NCBI GenBank assembly: GCA_965652295.1
Contig: CBFGTS010000015.1
Coordinates: 41,086 to 105,085 of the forward strand
Length of the DNA stretch: 64,000 nucleotides
Direction: 5' to 3'
Source of the DNA: an uncultured Haloferula sp.
Lineage (GTDB): Bacteria; Verrucomicrobiota; Verrucomicrobiia; Verrucomicrobiales; Akkermansiaceae
This document shows, piece after piece, positions 59,518 through 64,000 of the stretch. Positions within the stretch are counted from its first letter, which is position 1; the number at the start of each line of letters is the position of its first letter. The translations under genes were made by a program, and so were the position numbers. Below the pieces are notes generated by a model that was given only the letters and a program-made list of their open reading frames with translations, was not told the origin of the DNA and made no database searches.

Positions 59518-59796
59518 TTAGAACCAAGGTTTGCGGCCCCTAACGTAGGTGGCTTCGAATTCCTCGTCGGACTTGGTGAGGTAGATGATTCCCTCGATCA
59601 CCCCGATAATCGTCCCGATCCCGCAGGCCAGGCAGAGCAACAGTTGGATGACCCCCTCCTTCGTGTAGCCGAGGTAGAACTTGTGAATTCCCCAGCCCCC
59701 GTAGAGCAGCCCGAGCACGCCGAGCAGGCCTGCAATGAGCTTCTTTTCGCTTTTCGGGGCGGTGGGCGGCGGTGGGATATCTGCTTCGTTGGACAT
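59518..59796 (-). CDS. TM2 domain protein
   Basis: KKLIAGLLG...GIHKFYLGYTKEG...IEGIIYLTKSDEEF. Confidence 0.9.
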   Translation of the reverse strand: MSNEADIPPPPTAPKSEKKLIAGLLGVLGLLYGGWGIHKFYLGYTKEGVIQLLLCLACGIGTIIGVIEGIIYLTKSDEEFEATYVRGRKPWF

Positions 59797-59840
59797 GGTG
59801 TCCGATATCTACTAAAGCCTTCGTCGCTCCGCAAGAATCC

Positions 59841-60524
59841 ATGAAGCCCCGCGTCCTTCTCGAACAAACCACCCTGCCCAGCGGGCAGACCCTCGCCCTC
59901 CACGAACACGACGGCCGCCACCAGCTGACGCTCGACGGCGAACCGCTGGCCGGCCCTCAGACGCGCGTGGGCGAGGCCGCGCTCGGCGAGCTGGCGCTCT
60001 CCCCGTTCCGTCCGGTGCGGCAGCCGGTGATCTGGATCGCCGGCCTCGGCCTGGGCGCGACGCTGGCCGCGGTGAAGGCCGGGCTGCCGCAAAAAAAAGG
60101 CGTCTATCTGGTGGCGGAGCCCTGCGCCGAGCTTCCCGAATGGGTGACGCGTCATGTCGATGCCGGGCTACTCGACGACCCGCGGGTGGCCCTCGAGACC
60201 TCCGTTTCCCCCGGCGCACTGGCCCGCCATGAGGGGGAAATCCACGCCGTGCTGGTGCATGCGGACACCGCCCCGCCGGCCGACAACGGCGGCTGGCTGG
60301 TCCGGGATCCACGCTGGCTCGCCGCCGCTCATGACGCGCTGCGGGACGGCGGCCTGCTCGCCATCACATCCTTGCGGCCGGTGCCGAAACTCGATTGGCT
60401 GCTGTCCCGCGCCGGCTTCGATGTCGCGCGGCATGAGATCGAAAGCTCTCCCAACGCCCGCCGGCCCCGCCGGCTTCCCCTGTGGATCGCCCGCAAAGGC
60501 AACTTCAGCTCCCGGCACCGCTGA
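59841..60524 (+). CDS. spermidine synthase-like SAM-dependent methyltransferase
   Basis: WIAGLGLGATL glycine loop, ALRDGGLL; start ATG 59841. Confidence 0.75.
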   Translation: MKPRVLLEQTTLPSGQTLALHEHDGRHQLTLDGEPLAGPQTRVGEAALGELALSPFRPVRQPVIWIAGLGLGATLAAVKAGLPQKKGVYLVAEPCAELPEWVTRHVDAGLLDDPRVALETSVSPGALARHEGEIHAVLVHADTAPPADNGGWLVRDPRWLAAAHDALRDGGLLAITSLRPVPKLDWLLSRAGFDVARHEIESSPNARRPRRLPLWIARKGNFSSRHR

Positions 60525-60538
60525 CCCCCGTGAATCCC

Positions 60539-61924
60539 ATGCTCCGACGCCTTTTCCTCCTCACCGCCACCTGCGCCGCCGCTGGCGAAGCGCCGGTCAT
60601 GCGCGAGCCCTTCCGGATCGAGAAAGAATTCGAGGCGGTCGCGCTGCCTGCGGAGCCCGTGGTGTGCGAGCTCGACCCCGAGGCATGGACCTCGTTCGTC
60701 ATCGAAAGCATCGCCGACCACGGTTCTCCGGTGAAAAAGGGCGAGGTGGTCGTCGCGTTCGAGCAGGAGGATTTCCAACACCGGCTCGCTGACCTGAAGC
60801 GCGAAGTGGAGAAGAAACGGCACGCCGTGGCCCAGGCCGAGGCGGAGTTGGCGAAGCTGGAGGCCGAAACCGAACTCAAACTCGATGCCGCCCACCGGGC
60901 GAAGCGCGACGCCGAGGAGGACCTGGCCTATTTCCGCCAGACCGGCCGACCGGCGGCGGAGAAAGAGACCGCCCATGGCATCGAGGTCTCCAAATTCCGG
61001 CTCGCCGCCGAAGAAGAGGAGCTGAAACAGCTCCAAGCGATGTACGAGGAAGACGATCTCACCGAGGAGACGGAGGAAATCATCCTTGAGCGCCAGAAGT
61101 TCGCCGTCGAGGACGCCCGCTTCGACCTGGGACAGGCCGAACGCCGCGCCAAGCTCGCTCTAGAGACGCATCTTCCCCGGCAGGAGGAAGAGCTGGCCAA
61201 GGTCGCGGCCGCGGCCGCCGTGGCGCTCACCCATGCCGAGAAGTCGCTGCCGGCCGCCATCGGCATTGCCAAACTCGACCTCGCCGCGGCCACCACCGCG
61301 CTGGAGCGCGACGAACTGGAGCTTGCGCGTCTCAAAAAGGACGCTTCGCTGTTCGCTTGGAAAGCGCCCGCGGACGGCATCCTCCTCCACGGCGAGGTGG
61401 CCGATGGCTCCTGGCAGCTCGGCGAGCTGGCGAAATCGCTCCGTCCCGGCAGCGGCGTGCCGCTGCATCGCGGCCTGCTCACGCTCGCTCCGGCGGATGG
61501 TCCGGTAGCCGTGGCCGCGGACCTTGAACCCGCGCTCGCCGCCCAGCTCGCGGAGGATGCCGATGTCTCCCTTCATCCGAAAGGCCGCGAAGACCTGGTG
61601 GCGGATGCCATCGTGGCCGGGGTGGCCGCCATCCCCGGCACCGGAGGGAAACGCCACATTGGCCTCAAGGTCGAGTGGCCGCAGAACCTCGCCCCCGCCC
61701 CGCTGACTCCGCTCTCCTGCCGGGCGATCGTTTACCACAACGACGAGGCGCTCACCGTGCCGAAGGAAGCGGTGAGCGCGGAACCCGGCGGCTGGTCGGT
61801 GACCGTCAAGCTGGCCGATGGCAACACGGAGACCCGCCCGGTCGAACGCGGCAGGGTCGGTGAAAAACGGATCGAAATCCTCTCCGGCATCGAGGCCGGA
61901 CAGGTCGTCGTCACGCCGAATTGA
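60539..61924 (+). CDS. HlyD/RND-type periplasmic adaptor (membrane fusion) protein
   Basis: Signal peptide, HGSPVKKGEVV lipoyl half-motif, long coiled coil, KAPADG, LTVPKEAV...IEILSGIEAGQVV. Confidence 0.8.
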   Translation: MLRRLFLLTATCAAAGEAPVMREPFRIEKEFEAVALPAEPVVCELDPEAWTSFVIESIADHGSPVKKGEVVVAFEQEDFQHRLADLKREVEKKRHAVAQAEAELAKLEAETELKLDAAHRAKRDAEEDLAYFRQTGRPAAEKETAHGIEVSKFRLAAEEEELKQLQAMYEEDDLTEETEEIILERQKFAVEDARFDLGQAERRAKLALETHLPRQEEELAKVAAAAAVALTHAEKSLPAAIGIAKLDLAAATTALERDELELARLKKDASLFAWKAPADGILLHGEVADGSWQLGELAKSLRPGSGVPLHRGLLTLAPADGPVAVAADLEPALAAQLAEDADVSLHPKGREDLVADAIVAGVAAIPGTGGKRHIGLKVEWPQNLAPAPLTPLSCRAIVYHNDEALTVPKEAVSAEPGGWSVTVKLADGNTETRPVERGRVGEKRIEILSGIEAGQVVVTPN

Positions 61925-61932
61925 ACCCCGGG

Positions 61933-63087
61933 ATGCGCGTCCTCGCCCTCAGCCTGCTCGGCCTCGCGCTCGTCCACGGCGAGGAACGTCCGCGCGCCGA
62001 GGTCAACGCGGAGACGATCGACGCCGCCATCGCCCGCGGGGTGGACTTTCTCATCGCCGACCAGAACCCGAAGGGCTCGTGGGGCGGCCCGACGCGGACC
62101 AAGGGCCTCAACATCTACGCCCCGCTGCCCGGAGCCCACCACGCCTTCCGCGCCGGCGCTTCCGGACTCGCGCTGTCCGGGCTGATCGATAGCGGTGATA
62201 CCCGCCCGGCGGCGCGCGAGGCGATCCGCAAGGGTGGCGGGTGGATGGCGGAACACCTGCCCAAGCTCCGCCGCGCCGACCAGACGACCACCTACAACGT
62301 CTGGGGCCACGCCTACGGCCTGCGCGCCCTCACCCGCCTCCACCGCACCGCCACCGAGGAAACAGACAAGGCGCGCTGGAAAAACCTCGCCCGCCAGCAG
62401 ATCGAGCTGCTGAACCGCTACGAGGACGTCAACGGCGGATGGGGATACCTCGACCTCTTCGACGGGCTCATGACCCGGCGACCGAGCGGCGAGCCGACCT
62501 CATTTACGACGGCCACCGTACTTCTGGCGATGGACGAGGCGCGGCGGGGAATGAACCTCGAGCTCGATCAATCAACCCTCGACCATGCGCTCTCCGGCTT
62601 GCGGAAACAGCGCACGCCGGATTTTTCCTACGTCTATTCCTTCACCCACCGCATCGCTCCGCGCTCACCCATCAACCGGCCGGCCGGATCGCTCGCCCGC
62701 AGCCAGGCATGCAATGCCGCGCTACGCGTCTTCGGCGAGAAAGCCGTGACTGACGATGTCCTGCGTACTTGGGCGCGGCGTTTCATCGATCGCGAGGGCT
62801 TCCTCAGTATCGGCCGCAAGCGCCCGGTGCCGCATGAGACCCACTTCCAGATCTCCGGCTATTTCTACTACTACGGCATCTGGTATTTCACCGAATCCGC
62901 CGCGCTGCTGCCGGAGAACGAGCAACCCGCGCTGGCCCGCCAGCTCGCGGAGATCATCCTTTTCCGGCAGGAAAAGGACGGCTCGTGGTGGGACTACCCG
63001 CTCTACGACTACCACCAGCCCTACGGCACCGGCTACTCGCTCATGGCGCTGGCCTGGTGCCGGGAAAAGATCGGTCAGTCCCGGTAG
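61933..63087 (+). CDS. secreted prenyltransferase/squalene-oxidase repeat protein
   Basis: RGVDFLIADQNPKGSWG, NGGWGY, RQEKDGSW QW-type repeats. Confidence 0.8.
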   Translation: MRVLALSLLGLALVHGEERPRAEVNAETIDAAIARGVDFLIADQNPKGSWGGPTRTKGLNIYAPLPGAHHAFRAGASGLALSGLIDSGDTRPAAREAIRKGGGWMAEHLPKLRRADQTTTYNVWGHAYGLRALTRLHRTATEETDKARWKNLARQQIELLNRYEDVNGGWGYLDLFDGLMTRRPSGEPTSFTTATVLLAMDEARRGMNLELDQSTLDHALSGLRKQRTPDFSYVYSFTHRIAPRSPINRPAGSLARSQACNAALRVFGEKAVTDDVLRTWARRFIDREGFLSIGRKRPVPHETHFQISGYFYYYGIWYFTESAALLPENEQPALARQLAEIILFRQEKDGSWWDYPLYDYHQPYGTGYSLMALAWCREKIGQSR

Positions 63088-63761
63088 CGCACCATGATCC
63101 GCAGCGGCCCGGAGCCATCCTGCAGGCCATCGATCTCAAGGCTCTTGCCGCCATCCGCGTAGGTCACATTGAAGCGCGAACTGCTGCCGAACGTCTGCGA
63201 GCTGGACGAGGTGCTGCTGGCCCACTTGCACTCGCCGGCATAGAAGGCTTTGGCCATCGCCGCGTTGTCATGGGTGGTGAAACCGATGACACCCTCGGTG
63301 CCACCCGGGGTGACGACCTGAAGCGAAAGCTTCGATTCCGCGATGTTCGGATATGCCGGCACCCACGCTGGAGGCGGGGGTGAGCCTTCTCCCAGAGCGT
63401 GCTCCGCGCCGTCGGCTCCGGTGAAGCGGAAGTCGCCGTTGGCGAGTTCGGTGTAGGTGGTGGTGACCGTGTCGCCGGTGCCGGTGACCGACAGCGTGAC
63501 CGCACCCGATGGCGCGTCTTCGGTCAGCAGGGTCACCTCCGGGCTGATCTCCACCACCGCCTGCGCCAGCACCCGGTCGGGGTGCTCCTTCATCGCCGTC
63601 TGGAGATCATCGAAGGACTGCTTCGCCCAGCGGAAGGCGAACGCGCCGAGGATCACCATGATCACCAGCACCGCGCCGCAGCCGATCCCGACGATCGCCA
63701 TCGGGTGCATGCCCTTCTTCGGCTCCGGCTGATATGGCGGCGGGGTGGGAGGCGTCTGCAT
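63075..63761 (-). CDS. hypothetical single-pass membrane protein
   Basis: Pro-rich N-terminus, KKG...GIGCG TM helix, PAWVPAYP motif. Confidence 0.7.
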   Translation of the reverse strand: MQTPPTPPPYQPEPKKGMHPMAIVGIGCGAVLVIMVILGAFAFRWAKQSFDDLQTAMKEHPDRVLAQAVVEISPEVTLLTEDAPSGAVTLSVTGTGDTVTTTYTELANGDFRFTGADGAEHALGEGSPPPPAWVPAYPNIAESKLSLQVVTPGGTEGVIGFTTHDNAAMAKAFYAGECKWASSTSSSSQTFGSSSRFNVTYADGGKSLEIDGLQDGSGPLRIMVRYRD

Positions 63762-63814
63762 GGTGCATCACTAGCGGAAATCTCCCGACACCGGAAGCGC
63801 GCTCTACAGCGCAG

Positions 63815-63949
63815 GGCGATCAAGCTAGGGAGGGAGAGAACCGCAGATGCAGGGGACGAACGCCAATGGGTTCCATTCACCGGTCATCCGAATGCTTCGA
63901 GGTGGTTCCCGGTTGGACAGGCATTCTTCCGGACACGGAGGCACGGAGC
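63815..63949 (-). repeat. ~135-bp dispersed intergenic repeat, copy 2
   Basis: Reverse complement aligns with 24284-24418. Confidence 0.8.
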
Positions 63950-64000
63950 AGCGGTGTCTTCAGGCAAGTGAGAAATGCGGATCGGCGATGAGTCTGTTGA

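Overview
High-GC bacterial chromosome segment, most likely Verrucomicrobiota (inferred from the DUF1552/DUF1592 pair, verrucomicrobial-type C-terminal modules on secreted proteins and the atp operon style). 1-21.4 kb is one minus-strand surface-polysaccharide cluster: glf, nucleotide-sugar dehydrogenase, fcl/gmd, a cytidylyltransferase-GHMP kinase fusion, WecG-type GT, cysC/cysD/cysN, a methyltransferase, a fused GT, the rfbFGH CDP-3,6-dideoxyhexose pathway, a Wzx flippase and a partial pyruvyltransferase. It is headed by a GbsR/MarR-type regulator and a NusG/RfaH paralog, with an ops-like element and a shared palindromic operator. 23-34 kb holds a MITE, DUF1552/DUF1592 genes, an esterase, a secreted repeat protein and dnaE. 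34-42 kb is an accessory/conflict patch: a TA-like nucleotidyltransferase pair, an orphan frameshifted contractile tail-sheath homolog carrying a signal peptide and a C-terminal export-type module, fxsA with a partial duplicate flanking a Fic gene, and an HD + HSP90-like ATPase gene. 42-64 kb holds a GNAT, a flavin-dependent halogenase, GH2, a CE12-like esterase, the atpBEFHAG-X-DC operon with a Rex-box-like palindrome, HU and several membrane/secreted genes. Several small repeat families (heptamer arrays, REP-like hairpins, a ~135 bp dispersed element) are scattered throughout, and two heptamer arrays lie in frame inside rfbH. No rRNA, tRNA, CRISPR, transposase or integrase was seen. All calls are from motif recognition by eye; no searches were run.
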